64,000 bases of DNA from the NCBI GenBank assembly GCA_031082225.1, contig JAVHLG010000006.1:16467-80466 (forward strand). The letters are read 5' to 3'. The translations under genes and the position numbers were made by a program. Shown piece by piece: positions 1 to 9,232 of the stretch (positions within the stretch are counted from its first letter, which is position 1; the number at the start of each line of letters is the position of its first letter). The notes below the pieces were generated by a model. That model searched no databases. It saw only the letters and a list, made by a program, of their open reading frames with translations, and was not told where the DNA came from. Source of the stretch: Desulfovibrionaceae bacterium (GTDB lineage: Bacteria; Desulfobacterota; Desulfovibrionia; Desulfovibrionales; Desulfovibrionaceae).

Positions 1-876
1 GAGCGACGCATAGACACGCAAATCTTCAACCAACTCAGAGTCCGGAAATTCCATGCCGCACGAAAATAAAGCCTCCCCCAAGTTCTTCCCGGTCCCTGTT
101 TCTTGTGCAACGAGGGCAACTCGCTCGCGCAGATAGGCTGTGATGTGGTCACTATTCATCATGCTGTCGAAAATGTGAGTCAGTTGCATGCCTGAGCGCA
201 TGAGGGTGGACAGCGTGTAGAGCCAGACACAACCAACGGTAAGTCTGTAAATGGACCAGGGAGGGATTTGTTCAACGGAGAGCCGCCAGCGGCCTGTCCA
301 TCGGGGCAACGTGATAAGGATGGCGGCCAGGCCAGCCAGAAGCAGAACGAACGTGGCAACGCCAAACGGGGACGTTACAAACGACGTGGCCATGTACATG
401 AGGGCCGCTGGGCCGTGCCAGGCCGTGGGATCGGAGAGCATGGCCAATTTGGGCATGACCAGGACCGACACGACAAGAAGAACCACCGCGACCATGGCCA
501 TCAGAAAGGCAGGGTAAATGAGGGCTCCGGCAACAGCCCGAAGAATCGTTTGGCGTGCTGCAAGCAGGCCTGCGGCAAGGTCAAGGCCCTCGGGAAGGCG
601 GCCTGCCCGTTGGCCGCTTGAGATGAGCATGATCTCCTCTGGCGTGGCAAATCCGGTCAGGCTAGCCCCCAGGTTGTGGCCCCTGCCCAGGTAGTCACTC
701 ACCTGCGCAAAAACGACGGCCGTTGGTGATCGTTGTGCGGCGGCCCGGGCTTGCATTTGCTTCAGGGATTGAGACAGGTTCAATCCGTGGCGGACCTGGG
801 CAGAGAGTTTTTTCCATGTCCTCAGCCGTACAGTGGCGGAAAAGCTTAAACGAGGAAGAATGGATGATGAGAGCAT
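1..876 (-). CDS. pilR: Type IVb pilus inner-membrane platform protein PilR (GspF/PilC family), 5' part; continues past the window edge
   Basis: This gene is absent from the ORF track because it has no stop in the window. My reverse-strand translation starts at the ATG at 876-874, which overlaps the pilQ stop (TAATG). It stays open for all 292 codons: MLSSSILPRLSFSATVRLRTWKKLSAQVRHGLNLSQSLKQMQ... It contains long hydrophobic segments (ALIYPAFLMAMVAVVLLVVSVLVMP, FGVATFVLLLAGLAAILITL). It sits after pilQ, as in R64/PAPI-1 pil clusters. Confidence 0.7.
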   Translation of the reverse strand, partial: MLSSSILPRLSFSATVRLRTWKKLSAQVRHGLNLSQSLKQMQARAAAQRSPTAVVFAQVSDYLGRGHNLGASLTGFATPEEIMLISSGQRAGRLPEGLDLAAGLLAARQTILRAVAGALIYPAFLMAMVAVVLLVVSVLVMPKLAMLSDPTAWHGPAALMYMATSFVTSPFGVATFVLLLAGLAAILITLPRWTGRWRLSVEQIPPWSIYRLTVGCVWLYTLSTLMRSGMQLTHIFDSMMNSDHITAYLRERVALVAQETGTGKNLGEALFSCGMEFPDSELVEDLRVYASL

Positions 877-2423
877 TAAAAACGCCCTCCTTGGACGAAA
901 ATCTGTGTAAAATTCAACGGAACGCCAAGCCGTTCTTCCGCGATGTATGGGTCGACAAGCCCTGCCTTAATCAATTCGACAGCATGCTTCACGTAGCTTT
1001 TCCCTTCTTTCTCCTTAACCCAATATTCATGTGCCCTGGATGTATTGCCAGCACTCAGGTAACTCAGCATCTCCTGGTCAGTGGCGATGAATTCAGCGGC
1101 AACAGTTTGGCCGATAAAGCCTCGTTTCATGCAATTTTCACAGCCATCACCACGAACGTAGACATTTTCAATGTCATCGTTTTTCATTTCACGATAAAGA
1201 CGCTCTTTGACATCTGTAGGAATTGCTTGTTCGCGTTTATCATCAGATAAATCAAAAAAGCGAACTTTGCATATCGGGCATAGTACCGGTATGAGTCTTT
1301 GATACTCAAGACCTGCAAGAACGTTATGATTACAAAGTTGATCTAGTGGATTTTGGAAATGGGTAGCTAGAATCGAAGACATTCTGGCAATAATTCCAAA
1401 AGCATTGTTGGCGTGAAGCGTAGCAAAAACGGCGTGGCCTGTAAGCGCCGCATCGATAGCGGCAACAGCCGCCTCCACATAGCGAATTTCTCCGATCATG
1501 ATCACGTCGGGGTCAGAGCGCATTGCCCCGGCAATAGCGTCTCTGTAGGCGTATGCTCGTTCGATCTTGTCATTGCTGGAAATGAGAACCTGGCGAACCC
1601 CTTTCAAAGGGTACTCCGGCGGGTCTTCGATGCTGAAATAGGCCTTGCCGGGGTTTCTTTCGACTTCAGCCTCCATGATGTGTTTGAGCAATGTGGATTT
1701 CCCGTGGCCGGTAGGTCCGGAAATGATTGTCAGACCGGTGCGCCGGGTTAAAAATTCTGCCGTCTTGCAATGCTCATCGGTAAATCCGAGGCTGGTCATG
1801 CGTTCTGAGAGTGAGCCAGCGGCCGAGGTCGAATCGTACAGAAGACGGAGAGCCATGGAGGTTCCAACGCCATTTTTAGCAAGGGCGCTTTCTATCGGTT
1901 CGCAATGAACGCGAACAGAATGCACTGCGGGAGGGAGATATTCACGCTTTGCGATCCGTCCGTCCTGACGCACGGACGGAGAGAAGCAAGCATCCGCAGA
2001 CTGGCAGAGTTTTTGATATAGGCACCCAATGACTTGTTGGCCGAATTCTCCTTCGAGCTGGGTATAATCAGAAAGCATTCCAAGGATGCGAAACTGGATC
2101 ATGGTGTAAGAACCATAATCAATTAAATGTATGTCAGTTGCCCCTGACGCGTGAGCTTTTGATAATAAATCGATCGCGTATTTCTCTATTTCATTGTCTT
2201 CAAGTTTACCCGTAGAAGATGTAAATTTTGATAATGTGGAATCGAAATATCTTGGATCATGAAACTCACAGGCCAGAATTCCACGACGGCGAAGGCCAGC
2301 AACAAAGGAAACCATTTCGAGATTTCCCTTAAGCTCCTTGCTCATATGTAATGTGCCGTCCAAAAGGACCGTTCGGGAGCGCATGGACTCCGGAAGGTTT
2401 TCCAAGATTGATATTTCCATCAC
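876..2423 (-). CDS. pilQ: Type IVb pilus assembly ATPase PilQ (GspE/PilB family)
   Basis: 515-aa ORF. It has the Walker A GPTGHGKST, an IGEIR Asp-box region and ATLHAN (His box). The tetracysteine CPIC...CENC is typical of the GspE family. Confidence 0.9.
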   Translation of the reverse strand: MMEISILENLPESMRSRTVLLDGTLHMSKELKGNLEMVSFVAGLRRRGILACEFHDPRYFDSTLSKFTSSTGKLEDNEIEKYAIDLLSKAHASGATDIHLIDYGSYTMIQFRILGMLSDYTQLEGEFGQQVIGCLYQKLCQSADACFSPSVRQDGRIAKREYLPPAVHSVRVHCEPIESALAKNGVGTSMALRLLYDSTSAAGSLSERMTSLGFTDEHCKTAEFLTRRTGLTIISGPTGHGKSTLLKHIMEAEVERNPGKAYFSIEDPPEYPLKGVRQVLISSNDKIERAYAYRDAIAGAMRSDPDVIMIGEIRYVEAAVAAIDAALTGHAVFATLHANNAFGIIARMSSILATHFQNPLDQLCNHNVLAGLEYQRLIPVLCPICKVRFFDLSDDKREQAIPTDVKERLYREMKNDDIENVYVRGDGCENCMKRGFIGQTVAAEFIATDQEMLSYLSAGNTSRAHEYWVKEKEGKSYVKHAVELIKAGLVDPYIAEERLGVPLNFTQIFVQGGRF

Positions 2424-2428
2424 CGCTC

Positions 2429-3061
2429 CTATTCAAACGGCAGAATGGTTGCTTTCCCATTCCCGCCACGTCGAATGAAAACGCCGCTACGGCTAACGGA
2501 GGCCACCACGCCTCCGTCAAATCGATCTCCTGGACGCAGTGTCACCAACTCTGATCCCTGGCGAACGATGGCTCTGGCGTGTCCATCAAGACCCTGAACA
2601 GACAAGACGACCGGTCCCGAAGGCGGCGGAGCTGCTGAGGATTTCGGGGGAGCTTCTGCTTCGGAAGGAAGCGATGAGGCGGAATGGGGCGCTGCCACCA
2701 CCACAGGGGCCTTTGGGTTCAGCTTTTCGGCCTCGGCGGCAATGGCGGACTTGAGGCGTATCTCCTCTAGTTCCGCTCGGAGGGCGGTAAGCCCCTCCAG
2801 GTTCCCAGCCACAGGCACTGGAACGGGTTCACGATGAGGGTTGGAGGTGGCCGGTGCCGATGCCTGTCGGCTTCCGGGCCCGGCTTCGCTGGATGATACC
2901 GAGGCAGGTACAGAAAGCGCCGAGCTCGGGGCCGGGGGCAAATGAGGAGATGGAGGAGACGACGTCAGGTGCTCCATGGCCATGGAGGTCATGTAGATAA
3001 GCGGCGGTAAAGCCAAACTGCCGCAGATGATCCAGAAAAGCTTTTTATTCCGGATTTGCAT
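2429..3061 (-). CDS. pilP: Type IVb pilus biogenesis protein PilP-like
   Basis: I trimmed the start to the ATG at 3061 (MQIRNKKLFWIICGSLALPPLIY). The protein has one N-terminal TM segment and a Pro/Ser-rich middle. The C-terminus VLSVQGLDGHARAIVRQGSELVTLRPGDRFDGGVVASV is PilP-like. Its position between pilO and pilQ supports the call. Confidence 0.6.
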   Translation of the reverse strand: MQIRNKKLFWIICGSLALPPLIYMTSMAMEHLTSSPPSPHLPPAPSSALSVPASVSSSEAGPGSRQASAPATSNPHREPVPVPVAGNLEGLTALRAELEEIRLKSAIAAEAEKLNPKAPVVVAAPHSASSLPSEAEAPPKSSAAPPPSGPVVLSVQGLDGHARAIVRQGSELVTLRPGDRFDGGVVASVSRSGVFIRRGGNGKATILPFE

Positions 3062-4304
3062 AGACAACCCCCTTAAGGCTCCATCGGCCTTCTTTGTCCT
3101 GGAAAATTTGTTCGAGAATGAGGCCCGGCAACCCAGTAAATGCCTCGGGAAATGATTGATCGAGAATGATAGCAGCGGGTACGTCACTGAGTTCCCATTG
3201 CCCGCGCTGCCATGGACTTATGATCTCGATCCCTTCTATCGATTTGCGCTCAGGGGAGTGCCAGGACAACTTCAGTCGGCCGCCGATGACCTGCGTTGAC
3301 TGATAGAGCCGCTGTGACGCAGTTTCTCGCATGAACAAAGCATCACCCTGAAGCTGATGGATCTGGGGGATTGCAATCTTAGTGACCGCCTTTTGGGGCG
3401 TTTCGAGGCTCGCGCTTGGAGGGAGGCGGATATAGTCGGCACCCGGCCTGTGCCCCCAGGAAGCGGAAATTTGGTTTGTTTTGGAATCGTAGGCGGCGCC
3501 CTCGATAACCCAGCCGCTGGCCACCGTCGGCAGCGAGAGCATGACCGGAATTATGGCCTGGAGAGTTGAGCGGACATCACTCGCTTCCCGCCAGGGCCGT
3601 GGAAAATGCACTTCAGGGTGAGCCTGGATTTCACGTCGCCGCTGTTCTTTGTTCAGCATGGCCGTGCGGGCAGCTTCCTTGGCCTGAGAGGCGGCGCGTT
3701 GATCGAAAAACAGTTTCAGACCGTAGCCACCCAGAAAGAGAATCCCGAGCGCCGCTGCGATGACGATTCGGTTGCGGCGTTGACTCGGAACCGGATGCAA
3801 AGGATGTAAGGAGCCACGGCGGCGACTCGGCAATGCGAAAGGGAGCGACGGAACGAACGGCGATAACCAGTTCAGGCTGTCAACGGGCGTCTCGCAGGTC
3901 ACCGTTTCCTCAAAATCGGCATCCATGAGCCCACGCAGGGATTTGATCCACGATTCGGCTTCAATCTGTGATGTGAACGCTTGATCACCCATTCCAAGGA
4001 TAAGCCCCTGGGCGGAAGCAAATACCCACCAATACGGACCAGTCTCATCCTCCAGGCAGAACAGACCAAGAAACGAGGGTGAGGGCACCTGGAGAGCGGC
4101 AGCGAGGGCGCGGCGTCCACGCCAGGGTCGAATGTCGCCGCCGGACGAGCCAAATCCGTACTGACGCTGACGGAACACAACCATATCAAACGACTCATCA
4201 TGGCGAGCCTCTTGACGAAGCTCTGAGGTCTTTAATTTGCGGTTGCTCAAAAACCACTGAATGCCAACCGCATATTTTCGATTATGCAATGTGATAGAGC
4301 GCAT
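3045..4304 (-). CDS. pilO: Type IVb pilus biogenesis protein PilO-like
   Basis: 419-aa ORF with one central TM segment (IVIAAALGILFLGGYGLKLFF). It sits between the secretin and pilP. The N-terminus MRSITLHNRKYAVGIQWF resembles ICE/R64 PilO. Confidence 0.6.
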   Translation of the reverse strand: MRSITLHNRKYAVGIQWFLSNRKLKTSELRQEARHDESFDMVVFRQRQYGFGSSGGDIRPWRGRRALAAALQVPSPSFLGLFCLEDETGPYWWVFASAQGLILGMGDQAFTSQIEAESWIKSLRGLMDADFEETVTCETPVDSLNWLSPFVPSLPFALPSRRRGSLHPLHPVPSQRRNRIVIAAALGILFLGGYGLKLFFDQRAASQAKEAARTAMLNKEQRRREIQAHPEVHFPRPWREASDVRSTLQAIIPVMLSLPTVASGWVIEGAAYDSKTNQISASWGHRPGADYIRLPPSASLETPQKAVTKIAIPQIHQLQGDALFMRETASQRLYQSTQVIGGRLKLSWHSPERKSIEGIEIISPWQRGQWELSDVPAAIILDQSFPEAFTGLPGLILEQIFQDKEGRWSLKGVVYANPE

Positions 4305-4305
4305 C

Positions 4306-5889
4306 TTAAACCTCAGCTGATTCGACTGCGATAGTGATGATAAGCAAGGTTCTGTCGGTATTGGTTTTCCTGAACGTGTTGAGAATGCCGACGCTTTTTT
4401 GAATGTCGCGCATTTCTTTTTCGAATCCTGTCAGAACTAGCGTTTGGCCCATTTTCATGGTTGTACGTTGTGAGAAAGCCCGTGTTGATACCTGTGGCAG
4501 TTGGACAGTGATATCACTGGTTGTGAATTCCTTCATTTCATCAAGGGCAGACAAGTTGATATTGTAATGAAGAACAACTCGACGCTGATCCAGGATGTGG
4601 GGGATAACAGTCATGCTAAATCCCGTCGTCACTTCGCCTGGAGTCACCTCCGTGGTCTGCCCGAATTCGCTTTGCGACATCCCCATGCCGGCTAGGTATG
4701 CGGTGCGTTCGATGGCCATGGCCGGGACCGGCTGGTTGCTCATGCAGATGCCTCCGGCAGAAGTAACCTGAGTGGCGTTACCCCACTGTCGGAGCGCTTT
4801 AAGAATTGCCGACGAATCCTTGAGGGTGCCGGATACGATACTTGCGGTCACACTGTTGAGGTCGCCAGACGCCACATTGCCTGTAAATTGAATGTTGCCG
4901 TCTGCAAACATCGACGACACCGAGACACCGATGTCGGAATTGTCATTGACGCTGAGGGACCAGACCTGGATTTTGAGCGCAATCTGGCGCGAAAGTCTTG
5001 TGTTGACGTCGTCAACATAGGTGGTGACTCTGCGGATGATGTCCGGAGCATCGCGGACGGTAATAGTGCCAGCGGCTGGGTTGCTGACAACCGTTCCTTG
5101 TGGAGAGAGCAAGGCTTTGATGGCTGACTCTGTGTCGCTCCAAATGTCAAATTCCCAGGACACGGTGTTTGATTGAGCGTTTTGCGACGATGTATCGGCG
5201 ATAGAGACAGTTTGAGCCGTGCTTCCGATCCCACGCGATCCTGATGAGTCCTTGCTTTTGTTTGTCAGTTGGTTTTCGTAAGTGACCTTCCCTGGAGCAC
5301 CAATGATCGAAAAGGTGCGCACCAACATTTTGGCGAACAGAATGCCTTCGTTCTGGTCATGGTCCCAACCGTATCCGGAGAGCATGGCCACGTGATCCAA
5401 AAGGCCGCGTACGGTCCCTTCGTATGAGATGCTGAGGCCACCGCTGGTGGCGCTCGACACGCCGGCAGAGGGCACCTGGAGCAGGGCCTCCAGATCCATA
5501 TTGATCCCATCCGCCGGCGGCGCGGCGTCGGGATGCGGTTGGGCCGGATGCTTCGGAGCTTTGCCCGGTGCAGTTACGACTGGGGCGCCAGAATCAGTCG
5601 CCACCTGGACAGGGATGCCGAGCAGCGAGCTGATTTCGCTGGCAATCGCAGGGAGCGACCCTTTTGTCCTCAGCGTAACGTGTTTGTTGAGGATCGGATG
5701 CGACATCGGCCCCATGGGGATGGACGTTGCCCCCAGATACGACTCTTCGACAACGTCAACAGTTCGTGGGCGTGACTGTGCCTGAAAAGAGTCGGCTTTT
5801 TCCTCTACGGCCTGCATCATTTTTATGGATTTAGGGTTCGGAGAACATGACATAAGAAGCAAAATAAGAATGATGAATATACGATGCAT
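4306..5889 (-). CDS. pilN: Secretin lipoprotein PilN (type IVb pilus secretin)
   Basis: I set the start at the ATG at 5889 (MHRIFIILILLLMSCSPNP, with a lipobox). The track start at 5907 is a TTG. The secretin-type C-terminal domain reads GQTLVLTGFEKEMRDIQKSVGILNTF...TLLIITI. Confidence 0.8.
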   Translation of the reverse strand: MHRIFIILILLLMSCSPNPKSIKMMQAVEEKADSFQAQSRPRTVDVVEESYLGATSIPMGPMSHPILNKHVTLRTKGSLPAIASEISSLLGIPVQVATDSGAPVVTAPGKAPKHPAQPHPDAAPPADGINMDLEALLQVPSAGVSSATSGGLSISYEGTVRGLLDHVAMLSGYGWDHDQNEGILFAKMLVRTFSIIGAPGKVTYENQLTNKSKDSSGSRGIGSTAQTVSIADTSSQNAQSNTVSWEFDIWSDTESAIKALLSPQGTVVSNPAAGTITVRDAPDIIRRVTTYVDDVNTRLSRQIALKIQVWSLSVNDNSDIGVSVSSMFADGNIQFTGNVASGDLNSVTASIVSGTLKDSSAILKALRQWGNATQVTSAGGICMSNQPVPAMAIERTAYLAGMGMSQSEFGQTTEVTPGEVTTGFSMTVIPHILDQRRVVLHYNINLSALDEMKEFTTSDITVQLPQVSTRAFSQRTTMKMGQTLVLTGFEKEMRDIQKSVGILNTFRKTNTDRTLLIITIAVESAEV

Positions 5890-5893
5890 TGTT

Positions 5894-7045
5894 TTAATCC
5901 TCGGCAACCTCTAAAACATGGTTTCCCTGGTACACTGTGACTCTCAGTGCATGTCCGTTGTTATGGAGGCCACGAAATAGCTGTTTTACAGCGTTCACGA
6001 AGTCGCAATGAAATTGCGATGCGGCAGACATTTCGTAGTCGTTTTTTGACTTCCATATGAGCTTGTACCGGGCACGGCTCGTCCATTCTTCAAGTTGGGT
6101 CAACAGACTGCCTGGCTCGATGCCCCATGTCTCGGCCGGATCGGCCGGGGGGGGCGTTTCTGGTGGGACGGGAACGGGCTCCGGAGCTGGTGTGGACGGC
6201 GACGGGGCCGAGGCCTGCGCCGCAGGTGACGGCGTCTGCTCGGGGAGAGAGGCCGGGGCTTCTTTGTGCAGGTATGGCGACTGGCTCTGCGTGCCCTGGG
6301 CCACCGGGGCAGGAGGAGTCACGGCAGGCGATGTGGCCGGTGCAGCCTCAAGCGACGATGCCAAAACGGGTGGAGTCACTTTCGCGGTGTCCACCGGCGG
6401 AAGCTGCTGAAGGACGGGGGTAACCGCAGGCATGAGCTCCGGAGCTGGTGCGGCCGGCGGCAGGGCTGGGGCTTGCCCTGTGGCAGGCTGCGTCGGTCCG
6501 GACGACGAGGCCGGAGCCTGGGGGGCGGCATCGGGCAGCGTGTAGGACTCAGGAGCCGCCGCAGGAGAGCTCTGTTGGGCATGAAAAGGCTCATCGAGAG
6601 GTGCTGGTGCCTGACGGGTCGATTTCGCTCCAAGGCGGCGCGTCGTACCAAATCCAACGCCGTCCGAGGTTCTCACCTGCAGGTAGCAGACCGAGGGCGT
6701 AGTCTCCTGCACGATGTCGAGAGTGTACGCCACCAGGATACCGGGAGACTCGGGAGTAGCCGGCGCAGACACGGCAAACCCTCGTCCTCTGAGGGCGGAT
6801 TCGAAGTCGGTCCCAAAATACGTGTCGGTCTGCACCAGGGCCAGGGTGGTACCCCCTGGAGGGAATTTCTGGGCAAGGGTGTCGGCGGCCTGGTCGGCCA
6901 AAGCCCGGCCATCGTCCGGATAGTCCTGGCTCATTCCGTCATAGGCAGACAGAGCCAGACCTCCGGAGCCCCGATGTTGATGGACGCAACCAGCACCCCC
7001 AAAAAGGAGGACTACACTCACAGTAATGAAGATGATACGTGCCAT
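5894..7045 (-). CDS. Fusion lipoprotein: TrbH-like N-domain, Pro/Ala-rich linker, PilL/TcpQ-like C-domain
   Basis: The lipobox is LLFGGAGC. The N-terminal ~140 aa (ALADQAADTLAQKFPPGGTTLALVQTDTYFGTDFESALRGRGFAV...LVAYTLD) follow the TrbH pattern. The linker of about 160 aa is P/A/S-rich. The C-terminal ~80 aa (WGIEPGSLLTQLEEWTSRARYKLIWKSKNDYEM...AVKQLF...VYQGNHVLEV) follow the TcpQ/PilL pattern. Confidence 0.65.
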   Translation of the reverse strand: MARIIFITVSVVLLFGGAGCVHQHRGSGGLALSAYDGMSQDYPDDGRALADQAADTLAQKFPPGGTTLALVQTDTYFGTDFESALRGRGFAVSAPATPESPGILVAYTLDIVQETTPSVCYLQVRTSDGVGFGTTRRLGAKSTRQAPAPLDEPFHAQQSSPAAAPESYTLPDAAPQAPASSSGPTQPATGQAPALPPAAPAPELMPAVTPVLQQLPPVDTAKVTPPVLASSLEAAPATSPAVTPPAPVAQGTQSQSPYLHKEAPASLPEQTPSPAAQASAPSPSTPAPEPVPVPPETPPPADPAETWGIEPGSLLTQLEEWTSRARYKLIWKSKNDYEMSAASQFHCDFVNAVKQLFRGLHNNGHALRVTVYQGNHVLEVAED

Positions 7046-7047
7046 GG

Positions 7048-8064
7048 CTACTGTTTCCGTATGGTGATGCGTTGTTGCTTGCTCCCGACGCCGGAAATCA
7101 AAATCGCCTCGGGGAAAACACCGTCAACGATCATGCTCGATTCTTTCATCCGAAAATTTGCCATGGTGTCCTCGCCACCGTTACGGACAAGGAGAACCGG
7201 CGCGTCGCCGGATTGGATTGAGGGCGGAAAATTGATGAACATCTGTTTTCCGTCATCATAGACCTGAAGCGGTTTCCAGGACGTTTTGCCCTTGATGTCG
7301 TAGGCGAAGTTGAGCGTGCTTGGGTCCGAGGCGGGTTCCAGGGACTTCATTTGCTGCTCTTTCTCTCTGGCGTCTTTGGCCACGGAAAGTTTTTCTCGAA
7401 GACTTGATCCGCCAAGCCCCGAGCCACCATCGGGGTAGAGGAATCCCACATAGGGGGTCAGACCGGTGCGTTGGCTAATGAGCTTGAGGTGGTAAACCCG
7501 ACGATCCGTGGTGATGACGGCGCTGGTCATGAGCCCCGCGTCCATGGGCTTAAGTAGAACATGAGTGGTGTCGCCGGATTTGGCGGTATCAGCGATCCAC
7601 CGGGCTGAATCGCCAATCACGACCTCGTTGATATTTTCCCCCGGCTGGAGTTCGATGTCGCAGATCAGATGCGGGACGCCGATGACGGTCGGGTACGACG
7701 CACCGTAGGTGTACATGATCTTGCCGTTGGCCTGGATCGGTGGCGCGCCTTGCGCCTCCCAGGAAGCGGCCAGATTGATCGCGTGGCGTTCCTTGGCCGT
7801 CAGGGGGACTGCGGTTCGGCTCAGATAATCCGCTGGTGGCAACGGGTCAGAGACCCTGCCCCCTTTGGACAGCAGGGAATCCAGATGGTCCAAATTGTCG
7901 GGACGCGCACTCTCGGCGGAGGGGAGCGGGGGCTGCCCAACCGTCTGTGTGGCCGGGGCCGTCTTGGCCTGGGTCTGGGCCAGGCCGGGACTAGGTGTTT
8001 GCTGCGCCTCCGCCGAAAACGGAAGCGAAAGTGCCAGGGCCAACGTGATTAATAACTTGTTCAT
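7048..8064 (-). CDS. trbG: P-type conjugative transfer protein TrbG (VirB9 family)
   Basis: I trimmed the start to the ATG at 8064 (MNKLLITLALALSLPFSAEA signal peptide). Conserved TrbG/VirB9 stretches are ITTDRRVYHLKL, YVGFLYP and QMFINFP. Confidence 0.85.
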   Translation of the reverse strand: MNKLLITLALALSLPFSAEAQQTPSPGLAQTQAKTAPATQTVGQPPLPSAESARPDNLDHLDSLLSKGGRVSDPLPPADYLSRTAVPLTAKERHAINLAASWEAQGAPPIQANGKIMYTYGASYPTVIGVPHLICDIELQPGENINEVVIGDSARWIADTAKSGDTTHVLLKPMDAGLMTSAVITTDRRVYHLKLISQRTGLTPYVGFLYPDGGSGLGGSSLREKLSVAKDAREKEQQMKSLEPASDPSTLNFAYDIKGKTSWKPLQVYDDGKQMFINFPPSIQSGDAPVLLVRNGGEDTMANFRMKESSMIVDGVFPEAILISGVGSKQQRITIRKQ

Positions 8065-8072
8065 CGTGAGTC

Positions 8073-8780
8073 CTATCGCTTGGGTTCCATGATGGTGGAC
8101 GAGGACATGGAAATGACGAAGACGCCTCCCGGATTGCGCAAGATTGCGGAATCCGTTGTGGGCGGCTCGATTTGGACAGCCAGTGTCGCTTGGAACGTCC
8201 CTTGGTTCATCAGGACGCCGGTGTGATTCCGAGTTGTTTCGACCCATTCCACGCGCCACGAATTGGCGCTCACCGGCGACGGCAGTGATTTGATGTCCAC
8301 CTGGACGAGCAAATTCTTGGCGCGCTCATAGGGGTTATTCGCCACAAACCATTCGCGGAGTTCCCCTTTGGCCGCGCCGGCCACGGAAAATTGCAGCCGC
8401 TCCAGCATCCGTTTTTGGAGGTCGAGGTCTGCTGTGACCGTTCTCCAGTTGACGACGAAGTTGGACAATTCCGCCTGGATGACGCGGGTAGGTGTGGCTG
8501 ATGGCACAGATGCTCGATCAACGGCTTTGATGTTGCCGAGGTTGTCTACGGCGACAACATAGGGAACAACCTTGTTTTGCGTTGCCTGGATCACGTTGCC
8601 GCCTACAGCGATAACCGTGACACTGAGGCATATAATTGCTACCCACATCCATCGTCTCTCACGCTGTATGTAACTCCCGTATCGCTCAAGCCATTCCTCG
8701 CGGCCTCGCACGTAAGAGGATTTTTCGGTATCAGGCCGTTGAGCTTCAAAAGCTGCCTTTGTTCGAGATTTCCAAAGCAT
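8073..8780 (-). CDS. trbF: Conjugal transfer protein TrbF (VirB8 family)
   Basis: 235 aa with a single TM segment (WMWVAIICLSVTVIAVGGNVI). The VPYVVAVDNLG motif and NTF2-like C-domain are typical of TrbF/VirB8. Confidence 0.85.
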   Translation of the reverse strand: MLWKSRTKAAFEAQRPDTEKSSYVRGREEWLERYGSYIQRERRWMWVAIICLSVTVIAVGGNVIQATQNKVVPYVVAVDNLGNIKAVDRASVPSATPTRVIQAELSNFVVNWRTVTADLDLQKRMLERLQFSVAGAAKGELREWFVANNPYERAKNLLVQVDIKSLPSPVSANSWRVEWVETTRNHTGVLMNQGTFQATLAVQIEPPTTDSAILRNPGGVFVISMSSSTIMEPKR

Positions 8781-8789
8781 GAGATTCTC

Positions 8790-9032
8790 CTATGAGGGTT
8801 GCTTGAAACCGGTGAGAGCTCCGGCGCGAAGCAGTCGCAGCTTTTGTATTTCCTTGCGCATCTCCGTGAGACTTGCGGACTCGCGCAATGATTTCAGTCT
8901 GCATTTCACAGCATCGACCTTGAAGAAGAGAAAATCCATCTCAGTTTGAAGATCTTCGAGCTGTTCAAGAAGACATTCAAAATCAAGATCACTTTTTTCC
9001 ATGTCCAAAACTTCACCTGGGTTTGTGCTCAT
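8790..9032 (-). CDS. Small acidic coiled-coil hypothetical protein
   Basis: 80-aa ORF between trbL and trbF, with heptad-like LEQLEDLQTEMD...LKSLRES...IQKLRLL. I recognise no family. Confidence 0.4.
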   Translation of the reverse strand: MSTNPGEVLDMEKSDLDFECLLEQLEDLQTEMDFLFFKVDAVKCRLKSLRESASLTEMRKEIQKLRLLRAGALTGFKQPS

Positions 9033-9232
9033 TGGAGTTCAAAATGGAACATCGTCCATCCCCTCCGTATCCGGCGGGGAGGCTGGATCAAACTCTTCAG
9101 CCGAAGGACCGGATTCCGCTTGTTTCTATTGGCCGCCTTTCGAGTAGCTGGATGTATGCGCGGGGGCCGCGTTATCATCGTCTTTTCGTTCTTTAGGCCT
9201 TTCGGTTTTGCAATATTTCGTTCTTTCGTTCT

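Noticed and set aside
723-1250. The plus-strand ORFs at 251-621, 723-1250, 1413-1908 and similar ones inside the pil/trb block.
   Set aside because: They lie antisense to ORFs with strong family signatures (PilR, PilQ and others) and show no motifs of their own.
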